A stretch of 63,821 bases of DNA, filler included, from Reticulomyxa filosa (lineage: Eukaryota; Protista; Foraminifera): assembly GCA_000512085.1 (NCBI GenBank). It is 12 parts of 12 records of this genome, joined end to end, with 100 filler letters (N's around TTAATTAATTAA, not from the genome) between each part and the next. Parts side by side here need not be neighbours in the genome. Positions count along the whole stretch, not along the records: positions 49,722 to 54,197 come from ASPP01000519.1; positions 54,298 to 56,708 come from ASPP01020988.1; positions 56,809 to 60,956 come from ASPP01000104.1; positions 61,057 to 62,227 come from ASPP01034534.1; positions 62,328 to 63,821 come from ASPP01023231.1; 7 more parts are not named here. The stretch is one strand, 5' to 3'. Below the pieces are notes generated by a model. The model saw only the letters and a program-made list of their open reading frames with translations, made no database searches and had not been told where the DNA came from. The position numbers were made by a program, and so were the translations under genes. Position 1 is the stretch's first letter. Each line of letters begins with the position of its first letter. This document shows, piece by piece, positions 50,395-63,678 of this stretch.

Positions 50395-53300
50395 TCACTT
50401 GAACTTTCTTGTACTTCGATGTTTTTTTTGCATTTGTTGCATATAATGTTTATGCATTTTGGAGGCATCCACTTTGTTCCCAGACGACATGTTGTTTTCT
50501 TTTTCGATGGTCTTCGTAGTGCCTATTTTAGTAAGGTTACAGCTCAAGAGGAGAAAAAAGGGCCGTACAAAGTGAATAACATACCAGGATTTTTTTTCTT
50601 GAAAGTGTTTTCTTTTGCACGCACTGACTGAAGAATTGATTGAAATATTGTTGTATGTTGCAGCAAGCAATCCAAGAGCTCATCAGTTCTAATATCTTCT
50701 GTCTTAGTGTCATTTTCAACGAGCTTTGGCAGCGTACATGTTTCTTCAAGTTCGAACTGAGACTTGTTATGTTCAAAGCGTCACAACATAGAAAAGAATA
50801 AGCTGAGATTAGAACAAATCGTGTTTTTTTGTTATTTTTTTTGTCTTCCAGATTATGTTACATACCAGGTGCTGATTTAAATTGACACACAAAACAATGA
50901 ACCATTCATTGAGCCCCGTCATTTGACAGGCAATTTTTTTGGCCTGAAGCTTTTCTTGGTTAAGAATGCTCACAGCTTCGTCAAGCTGTTGTTGTGCGAC
51001 ATCAATTTCTCGCCATGAGAGATCAGTTTGGTTGGTCGAAATTTGTTTCTTTAATTCTTCTTCCAACGTCGTTTGTTCTTTCAATTTGCTTTTTTTCTCA
51101 ACTTGTAATTTGTCCAATACTTTTCTTTGCTCCGTATTTATTTCTTTGTTTATAAAAAACTTTTGTATTATTTTCCCAGCATCACTGATCCCGGTTGCAA
51201 CTGAAATCCGATTAAATCTAGCATCATAGTATTCAATCTGTTGATTACATTCTATGGTTTTCAGTCGTGTCCACAAACAAAAATTAGTGTCCACCAGTGG
51301 GGGCCTCCCTCGCTTGAATTAAAAAAAAAAGATAAATGTAAGCGCCAATGTTTAAAATATGGCATTCATACGTTGTAGCTGCAGCGCTATTTTGGAAAGC
51401 TCGTCATCATTGAGTTTGATCAATTCTTCCAGTTTATGATTTCGTTGCATTGCTTTTTGATCTGGTTTAAACGGAGTGTCGATTTTGTGGGTCGGGTTAT
51501 CACTATCATCTTCGTTGTTAAAATGTTGAGATTTTCCCAGTTGTTGCAGATGTTTATACTGTTCTCTTAAGAAATTTCTCCAGTCTTCTAACTCTTGTTG
51601 AAAATCCTTGCATCCGTTCAAGGCATAATCCCTTTGTTGCAACACATAATTTCGAAAGCGAATAATCTTTTTTAATAAATTTTCTTGATGTGCTAAGTTT
51701 CTTCGCAGCGTGTCAATTTGCTTGTGACTCTCTTGACTTTCGTCTTTAATATGCACAATATTTAACTCATAAGTCCGCCGTGAGCGTTCTACTTCACTAA
51801 TTTTTATCATTACTGTATTCAATTTCATGCCCAGCTGCCTTAGTTGCTGCAGTTTAAAAAAATTAGTATATGTTTATACGTATTTATATTGATGTTATTG
51901 TGTGGTCTATTGACACATGAAATATAAATGTTGCCTGTTCTGCTATTTTGGTATATTTTTCGGAACAATCATCTGCATCTTGCAGCATTTCTAACTCTTC
52001 ATCTAGTCTTTGTAATTGTTCGTCTTTTTTTTGAGTCACTAATTTTAATCTATCATACTCTTTCTTTTTGTCAAATCGTGTGTTAATCTCATGTTCTGTG
52101 TAATTTTGTAGTTCAAGAAGCTGCTCGTTCTCTTCGCTCCCAAACAGTTGGGACCCCATTTGCGTTAAAAAAGTCTTTGTTATCTCATGAAACGCGGTCC
52201 GAGCGAGACCTGATTGTTTCGCCGTGACATGTGGACCACCAGTAGCATCGATCCTTCTATTTGTTTTGATATTTCTAGGCTAGAGAAAATCTTAATTGTA
52301 AATCCTTTTTTTTTGTTTAAGTATTAGTCAACTGTCTGGCTCTTTTTAATTTGGCTATTTCATTCTCTAAAGATACACTAGACGTATTCCTGTGAACAGG
52401 ATGCTGTTTCTTACGTCTGGAAGGAGATTTGGTTATAGTGGGCATGTGGTCATTTGTGACCTGCAACTGAATTGCACAGTGCAAACGAAACATTTCAAAG
52501 AAGAACAATAATGCTTCATAACAAACCAAATAAATTCGACACAAAACTTCATTTGTTTGTTTTTTGCTGGGTTTTGTTTCAGAAGGCAGAAAAGTGGTAA
52601 TCTCAGGATTTGAGGCATTTCGCAAAGACTCGTCAGTTTCGATTTTGGCGAGTTCTTCTTTAATTTTTTTGTTTCTTCGCGTTTTTCGCATTGCTCTTTT
52701 TGTTTTCTTTGTAGCTCTTCTTCTCGCCTCCATTTTCGAATTTTAACTAAATCTTTTTTACTGATTCCACGTCCTTTTTGTTTTGCCGAGCTTAACAAGT
52801 TCAGCTTTGCCTGGAACTCCATTTCTTCTAGTTTCCCCCATTCCGTAACGTCGTCAGCCAAGTTTTTATATCGGCACGCTATTGTCACAGCACAATTTAC
52901 AAGAAATTATTATACTCTTGTATTCTTCTATTTCATTGCAATGGTGTTGAGCGTATTGCAAAGAAACTGCAAATGGCAAGAGTTTTTTTGTTGTTGTTGT
53001 CTCCCTCGCTTTTTGAACTTGGTAACAAAAAAGACAATACCCGATACATACAAGCTAAGACGCAGGTGTGATGCTCGCCGCAAGAGACCTGACCAACCAC
53101 GTTCCCAAGCAACGATACAACAAGTTTAGCTACACTGTTAGCCCGTTTGTTGTAATTGTCTAGCCTATCTTCCTGTCGAGCCAACTGGCCATTGTCTCCA
53201 CAGCCCCACGTGTACAATGCTCCAATATTTGACACTGCCGAACTGTGATATCTTCCAGCGGCAATGCACGTGATGTTTTTGCCATACAAAATTAAGCGTG

Positions 53301-54152
53301 GATGTTGAGATGCTCTAAATGCAACATTTAAAACAAACAAAAAAAATCGTAGCTGTAACTATTTTTTTAAAATTTGTTTAAAGTAAAAACGAAGTCTAAT
53401 TTTCGAACTTAAATGCGCCTTGGCCAAGCTCTCCATAAAATCCGTCCCCCCAACTGTATACGTCACCGCTTTGTTCTGCCAAATACGTATAATTTTTTTT
53501 TTTTTTAAGTGCTTTGTTTTTATTTCAAAAAAAATATATACGTATATAATTATGTCACAATAAAAGTACCTGTTAAAATGAGTACATGAGACTGTCCGGA
53601 TTTGACCAGTGCGATTTTGTACTTAAATGGGATGTGAACGGGCTCGTAATTGAAATTCTTTTTGTTTTTGCCATACAAATTTTCACCAAATCCAAAAATA
53701 TACAATTCTCCGTTTTCACAAATTACAGCAGTGTGGATGCTTCCACAATCTCCTTGTTTCACCTTTAGTCTGTTCTTGCTAAAGAAGTCGATTTTTTTGG
53801 GAACGTATTGGTCGTGGTTATCATTATGTCCCAATTGTCCATGCTCACCACTGCCAAAGGAGAATAATTGACCACTCTCCGTGATGCAAATGGTGTGTCG
53901 ATCCCCACAAGAGGCACATCTGATTTTGCTGAAGTCGCTGTCGCCTTCCACTTTTATTTGCACTGGAAACCGTTGGTTGGCACGAGTTCCGATACCTAGC
54001 TGTCCATGTTTGGCCGAACCCCACGAAAATACTTCGCCTTCACTGGTGATTGCCACTGTATGGTTTTGTCCACACGCGACATACGTACAAAAATTCGATG
54101 ACAAATCTGCTACCAATGTTGGCACTGGAAGATTGCTAAAGCCTATGTACAC
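50395..54152 (-). CDS. RCC1-repeat protein with long C-terminal coiled coil (ODA docking-complex-like), multi-exon, 5' partial
   Basis: RCC1 repeats (VACGQNHT...VFSWGSAKHGQLG, SCGDRHT, AAGRYHS...YTWGCGDNGQL) followed on the same strand by coiled-coil exons down to 50395. Confidence 0.75.
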
Positions 54153-54297
54153 GGAATGGATATATTTTACAATTCAATTAATTTTTTTTTTTTTTTTNNN
54201 NNNNNNNNNNNNNNNNNNNNNNNNNNNNNNNNNNNNNNNNNTTAATTAATTAANNNNNNNNNNNNNNNNNNNNNNNNNNNNNNNNNNNNNNNNNNNN

Positions 54298-54677
54298 CTT
54301 CCTTGCAAATTTTGTTGAAATTGTAGTGGACATATCACTTTCAAGGTACCAATATGGCGTTGCATCACATCACTTCGATAGTACGTAACATTATCATGTG
54401 GTTGAATAGGACATGAATTCGGATTGGCTTTCAAAAATTGCTTCAAGCAATTCTCACCAATAATAGGTGGTTCACCAATGCCCTTGTGTTGTGGACAACA
54501 AATTTCAATAGGATAGTTGACTACTTGTTTGCAAAGCACGCAGATAAAACTTTCAAATTGCTCTGGCTGATTTAATTGTAATATCCAATTTTTATCGAAG
54601 CAAGACTGTTCAATAGGAACTGGAGTTATTCCAATTTTTGTTCCTTTTGGAGTTTTTTCATCTTCTACTTCGGTCAT
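54298..54677 (-). CDS. RING-finger/TRAF-like family protein, N-terminal part (cut by linker)
   Basis: FICVLCKQV...ICCPQH...GENCLKQFL...CPIQPH...LKVICP is a degenerate RING followed by the start of a TRAF-type zinc finger. Confidence 0.75.
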
Positions 54678-55354
54678 CTTTTTCCTTGGTTTTCAAAGGG
54701 TTTTTTGGTGCTATTCAATAAGATTGATTTTATGAAGTAGTTTTATGAATGCAAGGGGACAGAACAGAAACTTTTTTGTTATTTAGATTTCGAAAAAACT
54801 ACAAGGTCATTTTTACTTTTTTTGAGATTATCTTCAGTGATACAAGATAAAAATGTTTGAACTTTTTAGATCAAGATCAATGAATAATTCTGTATCTTTT
54901 TTCCCAATAAGGGGGACAAAAAAATTTTATCTTCAAAACAATTTGTAAGTAATACCAAATTTATTTACAATAATTTCATTGATATTGATTGTTAATATAT
55001 TTATTTTAGATATTCCTTGAACAATTTGTTAAATAAAAACATGAAAAATATTTATATCTTGTCATATACAATTACAAATTAATAAGAAGAACAAAATTTT
55101 ACTCATTCCCTTTCACTTCAAAAAAAATTATAATACTTAAACACGGGTGAACATCCTTATGAATCACAACAGATGAACATTACAATCATCCTTGAAAACA
55201 CGTATTATCTTTATTAGAGATTCTTTTCATTACTTAAGGATGCAAAAGAAGTGATTTTGTGATTATGAAATAAAAATAAAGATTATTTAAAGATAGCAAG
55301 GTTAACAAAATATTTTAATTGTGCTTTTTTCAAAATTTATTCATTTTACTGTAT

Positions 55355-55450
55355 GTTACAATAATTTTGTCAAAATCATCAATTAATCCTGATTTTATCT
55401 TTAACGTTCGAGCCCAATATTCAATAATAAATTTTGTTTCAATGTTTGAC
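55355..55450 (-). pseudogene. Orphan exon of the WD40-family N-terminal motif
   Basis: IETKFIIEYWARTLKIKSGLIDDFDKIIVTY followed by a GT donor, with no intact downstream repeats. Confidence 0.55.
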
Positions 55451-55989
55451 TGTTCATTATTTATTATTTCACTACACCAATTTTTGTTCTTTTTGTATAT
55501 ACATATCTGGAAAAAGTGAATTCTTTTGTTTTGTGTTTTGTTTATTTTTTGGTTTAAAAATTTAGTTCACTTACATACAGCCAATACGTAAAATAGATTG
55601 GCTTTGGCAATCATGAGATATAATAAAATTCATATATCGTTTTTTAAAAATTGTTTTAGTTAATTTGGTTAATAGAAATTACACTAACTTTTTATTCTGC
55701 TTGATTGCATAATCAAAGTCCAAGCAATTTCCTTCAACTGCAAAGAACCGGAATATGATTTGTTACTAACATCTTCATCGTTATTGTGTTGTATGTTTTA
55801 TTGTAGGTTGGTGTGTATGTTAATACACGCTTGTGGCAGTTGTGTAAATATATCGTTAATTGTTTAAATGTATTTTCATCGTGATTTGTATGTTGTTGTA
55901 TCATATATTGCTTGTTGCTGGTGTTGCTTTTGTTGCTAGTCTTTGAATATTTCATTGAACGTCTTCAAGACTTTGCAATCATTCCTGTT

Positions 55990-56331
55990 CATTGCAAAAA
56001 AAAAATTGTTTTGTTAACAAAAAATTGAGTTTTCTAATCTTTTTTTTTACAAATATCTACGCATTGTGAACTTTCTGAAAATTTAAAAAAAAGTTGGAAA
56101 GTTTCATGGTTGTCAACTTTTTCTCGAAAATTTTCAAAAATGAATAAAATATTCAAATTTTTTAAACAATTAGGAAAGATGTAATAAAAAACCAAAATGA
56201 TATTTAAAAAGTACACAATTTGTAGATATTTAAAAAAAAAAATTAGGTCTGAATGTTGTTTTTTCATGAAGAAAATCAATCATCTCTATAAGGTGCCATT
56301 TTAGGTGTCAACTTTACTTTGCATTCTACTG
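55990..56331. mobile_element. Tc1-family long terminal repeat/subterminal copy
   Basis: Homologous to 6000-6171 and 26320-26484, and is the reverse complement of ~25175-25420. Ends TACTG+TA. Confidence 0.82.
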
Positions 56332-56808
56332 TAGTAATTTTTCAAATTAGACACTAGAAGACCAAATACATGTAAAAGAAGCAACTGCAGTCAATGTAAC
56401 GCATTTATATACTGAATTAAAAAGAGTATTATCACAAAAATTAAAAATCAATAACGTTATTTTTTCAAATGATAAACCAATACTAAAACAAAAGATATTT
56501 GAAAAACGAGTCAAGTTCTATCTTATTAATAAAACTGAATATCTCGAATTGCATTGATTGTGTGTTATAGAGCTTGTTATTCTTATCATATACTCAAAAA
56601 TAGTTCAAATTTATTTGTGATGATGTTAAATTATGCGAACAGTGAAGAAGACGATTATATGCACTCATTGGAGGACAAATAAACCACAACAGTACTATCT
56701 ACATAAGGNNNNNNNNNNNNNNNNNNNNNNNNNNNNNNNNNNNNNNNNNNNNTTAATTAATTAANNNNNNNNNNNNNNNNNNNNNNNNNNNNNNNNNNNN
56801 NNNNNNNN

Positions 56809-56840
<32 letters not shown>

Positions 56841-56883
56841 AATAACAAATGTATTGTGTGTATATGCACGTATGTAACACATA

Positions 56884-57492
56884 GTGGAAGCATTTGCGTA
56901 TATGCATAGCAAAGATATAATCTACAGAGATTTGAAACCAGAAAATCTGGTGTTGGACTCGAAAGGCTACTTGAAGGTGACCGACTTTGGGTTTGCGAAA
57001 GTGGTGCCCGATAAGACATTTACACTGTGCGGAACGCCCGATTATTTGGCACCCGAGATTGTGACTGGACAGGGACACGGACGTGCGGTGGATTGGTGGA
57101 CTTTGGGAGTGCTAATCTATGAAATGCTGGCCTCGTTTCCTCCCTTTTTCGATGATGAGCCCATTGAAACATATCGCAAAATCATTCGAGGTCGTGTCAA
57201 ATTCCCGCGTTACTTTTCTACAGAGTCAAGAGAATTGATTCGCCAATTGCTACGAAGTCGTCCAATGAAAAGACTTGGCATTCTCAAAGGCGGGGCCCAA
57301 AATATTCGAAGCCATCCTTGGTTCAAATCCTTTTCGTGGAAGAGTCTCACCGAAAAATCCATTGAAGCGCCAATCATTAACAAAGTTAAAGATCACAAAG
57401 ATTTGTCTAATTTTGTCAATAACGAAGAGGATCAAGACGATGGAGAAGCCAAACCTGTAGCTCCTGAAGATGATTTTGGTGATGAATTTTAG
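56884..57492 (+). CDS. AGC kinase, cAMP-dependent protein kinase catalytic-subunit-like, last exon
   Basis: [42 protein letters not shown] and a C-terminal FxxF (FGDEF). PKG cannot be excluded because the 5' part is missing. Confidence 0.9.
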   Translation: MEAFAYMHSKDIIYRDLKPENLVLDSKGYLKVTDFGFAKVVPDKTFTLCGTPDYLAPEIVTGQGHGRAVDWWTLGVLIYEMLASFPPFFDDEPIETYRKIIRGRVKFPRYFSTESRELIRQLLRSRPMKRLGILKGGAQNIRSHPWFKSFSWKSLTEKSIEAPIINKVKDHKDLSNFVNNEEDQDDGEAKPVAPEDDFGDEF

Positions 57493-59235
57493 ATTCAATA
57501 CAAATACAAATAAAAAAAAAAAAATAACAATAATAAAAACACAATACAATACAAAAAAAAAAAAAAAGTAAATAAAAATAAAATTAAAAAAAAAAACATT
57601 TTTCGTTGTGAGTGTTGTTGTACAGGACTTTTTTCCCTTTTTTTTTTCTTTTTGTTTTGCTTGGTTTTCTTGATGCAAAATGTCGATTTTTTGATGTGTT
57701 GGCATCTTTACATAAGCTCAAGATGCATCGGGATCGTTCATCTTTTTCTACATCCCTTTGCGTGCTCAAAGATCTTTTTGGTTTGTTCGGTTTTCGTTTT
57801 TGTTTTTTTGATTTATAGGAAAAAAAGAAGCGGCAAATAAAATATATCGGATTTTCTTTGGTTGAAAAAAGGTATATATTTTTATTGTACATTCAGTAAT
57901 ACTATCACTACTTCTGCTCCACACGTGTTTGTGAAGATATAGCTGTTAATGTTAAGACTTCACCACCTATTTGATGAATAAGATGTAATAATCAATTATC
58001 AAAACTTTGTCAAAAAATAAAAAAACTTTCAAAAATATAATACCAAAAAACTTTTTCCCAAAAAGGTCGTCCAATAAAATAACATCAATTTTGAAAATAT
58101 TGTTTAATTTTTTTTTGGAAAAACTTAACATGCAAGAGAAAAATGATATTTTCTGCTTGAAAAATAATTAATAATATTTTCAATTTCACATAAAAAAAAG
58201 TCTGTTATTGGGTGGTTACTTTATCACGATGTTGAAAAACATATAGTTATAAAGATGTTCATTAATATGCAGTTTCATCTTCGGGATGGCAGTGTGACAA
58301 ATAGTATCAGCTGACATGCTCACCATTTGGGTGTGAGTGCGCGTAGCAACCACAACGTAGCAAATTTTTTAATATTTTTTTTCAGTAACATGAAGAAATA
58401 TTCGTTATTTGAAATAATATGCATAATGAAGCTTTAGTATGAATGATCAAAAATAGTATAATGACTTTTCATTGCAAAACGTAAATTTAATTTTTAAGCG
58501 TTTAATTTGGTTGGTGTTTAATATTTGAATGAATATTTTTTATAACTTAACAAAATTAAAAAGTTAGTAAATGAAATAGTGTATATATGAAAGATTCAGT
58601 TATTTTAGTCAAAGGAAAAAATCATTTTTAAAGTGTTTATCGATATTTCTGCGCATAGACTTCCAAAGATGTATTAATTAAAATCAATATCACTTTCACT
58701 ATATTCACTTGAATCATTTATATATTCAAATGTATTTTGGACGTTTGCTGCTACGCCATTGTTTGTGTTTTGAGGATTTACAGTAGCAATACTTGAAGAT
58801 TAAGCAACTGACTATCTTTTTATCACTTTGGTACTATATGCTATCGTTGATCATTTTATATCGATCTCCAATTTGATTGTTTTATTGTTAGTAATGTTAA
58901 TGTGTTTATTTGATTTTGTGTCCTCCATGATCGGCGAATATGTTCATCTTTTTCAACAATATTTTTTTCTTTGATGCTTTTGCAAAAACATATTAATTTT
59001 TGTGATATGACAATTACAAGAAAAAACACAAACCTAGTGATAATACGTAAACTGTGTGTTGACAGTTTCTGTGTTCTTGTTGAAACCTTGATTGTGTCTA
59101 TCTAATTCATTGTCTGTGCAAATGATATATATACATACAAAGATTTATGAAAATACTATTATGCAGCTATTACTTTTCAATAATAGAATTTGTCGGCGTA
59201 TTGTGGTTGTTTGTATCTGCTTCGATATCTTTTTC

Positions 59236-59776
59236 TATTTTCTGCTTTGTTTCTGTTTCTTTGTCTTGTTGTGCAGTGGAATGACCAAGTCCAACTTTTT
59301 CCGTTTCAATATATCGGACATTTGTTTTTCGTTGTCACTTTGTAGTTATAATCGTGATGTTTTTTTGGGTTAACTGATTTTCCAATTGTGGTCGCAGCTT
59401 CTCTTGCAAGCCACTTTGCATAAAATGTCTCTTGCATAAATAGCAGTATCTATGAACAATCGGCAGATCCTCTTGCACATAAGTTGCGGAACCATCAGAA
59501 GCAAAGCCCGATGTTTTCAAAGTGCTTTTGACTTAACTCGAATATAATTTGACTGACTTGATCGACATTGTCAAGAATAAACACTTTGGTTTAAAGCTCT
59601 TTATCGTCGGTCCGGTGGTATTCCGTCTTTTATCAGTCCATGCTTTGTCGACAGTGTCGGCAAGGAGAGCACTTGCTGGTTTTTTTGGACACATGCTTTC
59701 CAAAGCATTGACTTGCAAAAAAAACTATATTAAAAGCAGAAACAAAAAAAACACTAATCCGACAGTTATCGACATT
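59236..59776 (-). pseudogene. Frameshifted hypothetical gene
   Basis: Coding-like segments alternate between frames (QVNALESMCPKK..., VFILDNVDQVSQIIFELSQKHFENIG, YVQEDLPIVHRYCYLCKRHF, LQSDNEKQMSDILKRKK). Confidence 0.45.
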
Positions 59777-60031
59777 TGAAATGTACTTTTGAAAGTTCTG
59801 ACAAAACTTCCTTTTCGAGTACTACAGTAACAAGTATTTATACTTCTGACGTTATAAGAAAACTTTACCCAAAATGGATTAAGTTTGGATTCACGAGATA
59901 AATTGAAATTGAATTGTCACAATAAAGTGCTGTTTCAAAGAAAGCGTATATTACCTTTTTTGGAAAAAAAAAAACAAACCCCCTCGAAAGAACACCAAAA
60001 AAAAAAAAAACTACAACAACAAAAAGGATAA

Positions 60032-60751
60032 ATGGGCGCATGTGCAAGCAGAAATGAGACGGATATACAAGTGCAAAAAGAGATTGACCATGATAAGAAA
60101 TCGGAGGCAAGAGCGCACAAATTGTTACTACTGGGTGCAGGAGGGAGTGGAAAGTCGACATTTTTCAAGCAATTGAAGACAATTCATGGCGACGGGCACA
60201 GTCAAAGAGAAAAGGAGGGTTTCAAACGGCAAATCTATGGACAAGTGATAGAAAATATGCAAATATTAATTCGGCAATGTAAACTAGTAACGAAGGCAGG
60301 GTCCGACGAGACCGACAGTGACAGTGACAATGACGAGCGAGCAGAAAACCTGCGAAAAGTGTTGAGTGAAGAAGATATTGCAGAGTTTAAAATCGACACC
60401 GAGTTTGACGAGAGCTGTAAGTATTTATTGAGACTACCCAATGGAAGCGCGGCGATGGACGATACATTGGCGGCGCATGTTAAAAAATTGTGGACTGAAT
60501 GTGCGCCAATTCGTAGCATGTTTGAACATAGAAACAAGATATGCGTACCGGATAGCACAGGCTACTTCTTCAATGCCATTGATAGGATCGGACAAGGTAA
60601 CTATGTCCCCGAAAATGGTGACATTCTATTGGTCAGGTACCGAACCACTGGAATGACCGAAAAAGAATTTCGCATTGGAGATGCCAATTTCAAAATACAT
60701 GATGTCGGTGGACAACGCAATGAGCGAAAGAAATGGATACACTTTTTTGAT
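60032..60751 (+). CDS. Heterotrimeric G-protein alpha subunit, exon 1 (3' partial)
   Basis: MGACAS acylation motif, KLLLLGAGGSGKSTFFKQL, DILLVRYRTTG and DVGGQRNERKKWIHFFD, followed by a GT donor. Confidence 0.95.
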
Positions 60752-61765
60752 GGTTTGTTTTAAGCATATATGTATACGTATGTGTGAATGAAGATATGAG
60801 GGGGGGGGAGGGAGGGGGATGAACTGTTTTTTTTTTTTAGAAAAGATCTACGTATACTGAACTTTTTTTTTTTTAAATCCTCCCCCCCCTTCTCCTCAAA
60901 AAAAAGTTTTTTTTCTTCTTATATTATGCGCTTTTTTTTTTTTTTTTTTTTTTTTTNNNNNNNNNNNNNNNNNNNNNNNNNNNNNNNNNNNNNNNNNNNN
61001 TTAATTAATTAANNNNNNNNNNNNNNNNNNNNNNNNNNNNNNNNNNNNNNNNNNNNTATAATATTTAAACACTTTCTTGTTTATATTTATTGATTGAATT
61101 TCCTCATTTTAAAGTAGCTTAAAATGTTGGCTTTTTAATAAAACAACACATTGCTAAATTATATTTGAATACAATGAAATATAGATGCAATTATAAATAT
61201 TTCTGTTTTGTCTGTCATTTTAATTATTTGATCATATGTATTTTTGTAGCACGAATATGTAAAGAAATACTGGATCAATAATACTCAAACAAATGTAAAA
61301 CAAATAAAATAATTTGAATTTCATTTTTAGAACATACACAAATCATGAAATGTTCTATCTCTTGAAGAAATAACAATAAAAAGGGAAAATATCAAAAGAT
61401 GACACAAATAAAATACCTTTTTTCCAATGTAAGTTTTTGAAGATGTTGTATTTTATGCCTTTGAAAATATAACAGGTACGTATATGTATTACATATTTGC
61501 ATTATTTATACAAAAAACAAAGAGATAACAATAATTAAAAAGGAAAGTCATATCTTCTTCACAAGTTTTTGAAATTTGTGAGTTTTTTTGGCATTTTCAA
61601 GATATATAATCATTGGCTTGGATTTGTGCATTTTTTTTAAACAACAAAATAAGATAAAACATATCTTTCAATGCTTGCATTCAATCAAATCAAACATATT
61701 TAACTTACTTTTTAAATCAAACTTTTCAAGAAAACACTATCATTTCTTATTGGGCAAAAAGTAAA

Positions 61766-62227
61766 TTATCCCCAATTACGAATGTAACCTTGGCTTGAAC
61801 CATAACACAAATTCAAATTATATGTAACATTCTTAGTCTTCTCTTTCTTCTTCAATTCAATAAATTTAAGACAAATTATTCCACTATCTTCTTTATCTCC
61901 TTCAATCATATACACTTGATGCTTATTTGATCGAATATCCCAAAAACGAATTGTATTATCATATGATCCAGAACATATCACATTTGAATCAATATTACTA
62001 TTCTTTATTATAAATGGTGAATATTCAACAGACGATACAGAACTTGTATGTCCATTGAACACTTGAATTTGCTGGCCAGATCGAATATCCCACAAACGAA
62101 CACTTTTATCAAATGATCCAGATAATATTGTATTCAATAATTCATTTGATCCATATTTTACACTCCTAATACAACTTTCATGCCCTTTGAATACATTCAA
62201 TTGTTTGGTTGTTTCAATATCCCATAT
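61766..62227 (-). CDS. WD40-repeat protein, C-terminal part
   Basis: FKGHESCIRSVKYGSNEL...SVRLWDIRSGQQIQVFNGH...TIRFWDIRSNK; close paralog of the 21364 and 24006 ORFs. Confidence 0.88.
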   Translation of the reverse strand: MWDIETTKQLNVFKGHESCIRSVKYGSNELLNTILSGSFDKSVRLWDIRSGQQIQVFNGHTSSVSSVEYSPFIIKNSNIDSNVICSGSYDNTIRFWDIRSNKHQVYMIEGDKEDSGIICLKFIELKKKEKTKNVTYNLNLCYGSSQGYIRNWG

Positions 62228-63131
62228 NNNNNNNNNNNNNNNNNNNNNNNNNNNNNNNNNNNNNNNNNNNNTTAATTAATTAANNNNNNNNNNNNNNNNN
62301 NNNNNNNNNNNNNNNNNNNNNNNNNNNGTTGTCCAAAAAGAGGAACAAACTTTGCCACGATATCATTTTACATGCCAACATAAAAATGAAATAAGTTTAT
62401 AATTTTTAAAATCAATGGCCTCAGATAAATCAAGAGCAAATAAAAATATGAAGACACTCCTCACACTGTAAGCAATGTATTATGCCAATAATCGGAATGA
62501 TTTCATTGGCTTTAGCCTTTTTTTCTTTTCTTTCAATTTCTATTGTTCTGTTGGACAAGACTCTCAACCTCCAAAGCAAGATCGTAAGTGGACACTAGGG
62601 CCCCTTTTCACAAGAACTTTTCATTTTACTTGTTCTTGACTTTTTTTGGTCGAAAGTTATTTGTTTTACGTAATTCATTTTTGTTTTGCTGAATTCTTTT
62701 CTAAATGACAACATGGTATTTTTAGCTTTGCTTTCGTTTTCTGGTTTAGAAACACATAACTTGTCACTTTCCATTTCTTACGAATTTCTTGCAGCTGCTT
62801 CTATTGAAAAGTGTGGTTAAATTTTTTTGTAAGTAATAATATCGAATTATTTTTGGACTTGCATTGCTCTGTTACTCGTTAGTGTTTAATTGGCAATATT
62901 CCAATATTTTTGACTCGTGACTACAAGATACTTAACATGAACTAAAACAAACCAATCAAACTCCTTACAAGATACAAAAAAAAAAAAAAAAAACGGCAAT
63001 ACCTTAAAGTTCAAACAAGATAATCTGAGAACAACTTTAGCAATCAAAAAGAAATGGTCATTATCCGAAGAAATACGAAAGATGTTTGCAGAAAAATGGA
63101 AATGATAAACAAAGTTGTTTGCATTAAAATT

Positions 63132-63678
63132 CTAGGGCAATGGTGGTATATATGTTACAATCTGATCGTTTTGGGTAAGTTGCCAGAAGTGTCCACCACT
63201 GATGTTTGCCAGATTCCACATATAAGTCGTCTGTGCATCAGATTGCTGTCCGATTAAAATTGGATAAATATGAATCATATTTGAATCGACAGCCTCTTGA
63301 ATAGTATCAGGGTACTTTGCTCTCAGTTCTTCCTTTTCACTAGTAGTGCTTGAAGTATCAACACCGTCTGTTAACACAACAAGGCCATAATTGCACCGCG
63401 TTCCATTTTGTAAGTAGTGTGTTTTAAGATTGGTGGTGGAATTCCACGACGCCAGCATCGTTCGAAATAGAGGAGTTCCTCCGCTAGCAGTGAGCTGGCC
63501 AAACCAGTTGCTTAACGACTCTCCAATATTCGCTTTCTTTCCATAGTATGGCGCTTTCGTATAGGAGTCCCCATCCCAATTGAAAACAAAACCTTCAAGG
63601 TAGTCATAGCTTTCTGTCGAGTTGATAAAGTTTTGGACAGCAAGTTGAGAATATTTCAAACGAGTTTTTGGATAACCT
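63132..63678 (-). CDS. von Willebrand factor A (VWA) domain protein, last exon
   Basis: ASGGTPL, LVVLTDGVDT, IYPILIG and LANISGGHF are the C-terminal MIDAS/VWA motifs. Confidence 0.8.

Noticed and set aside
5213-62327. Recurring TTAATTAATTAA between N runs as a repeat/CRISPR, and ORFs ending in XXX-LIN
   Set aside because: Artificial six-frame-stop linker. It also invalidates gene-neighbourhood arguments across contigs.
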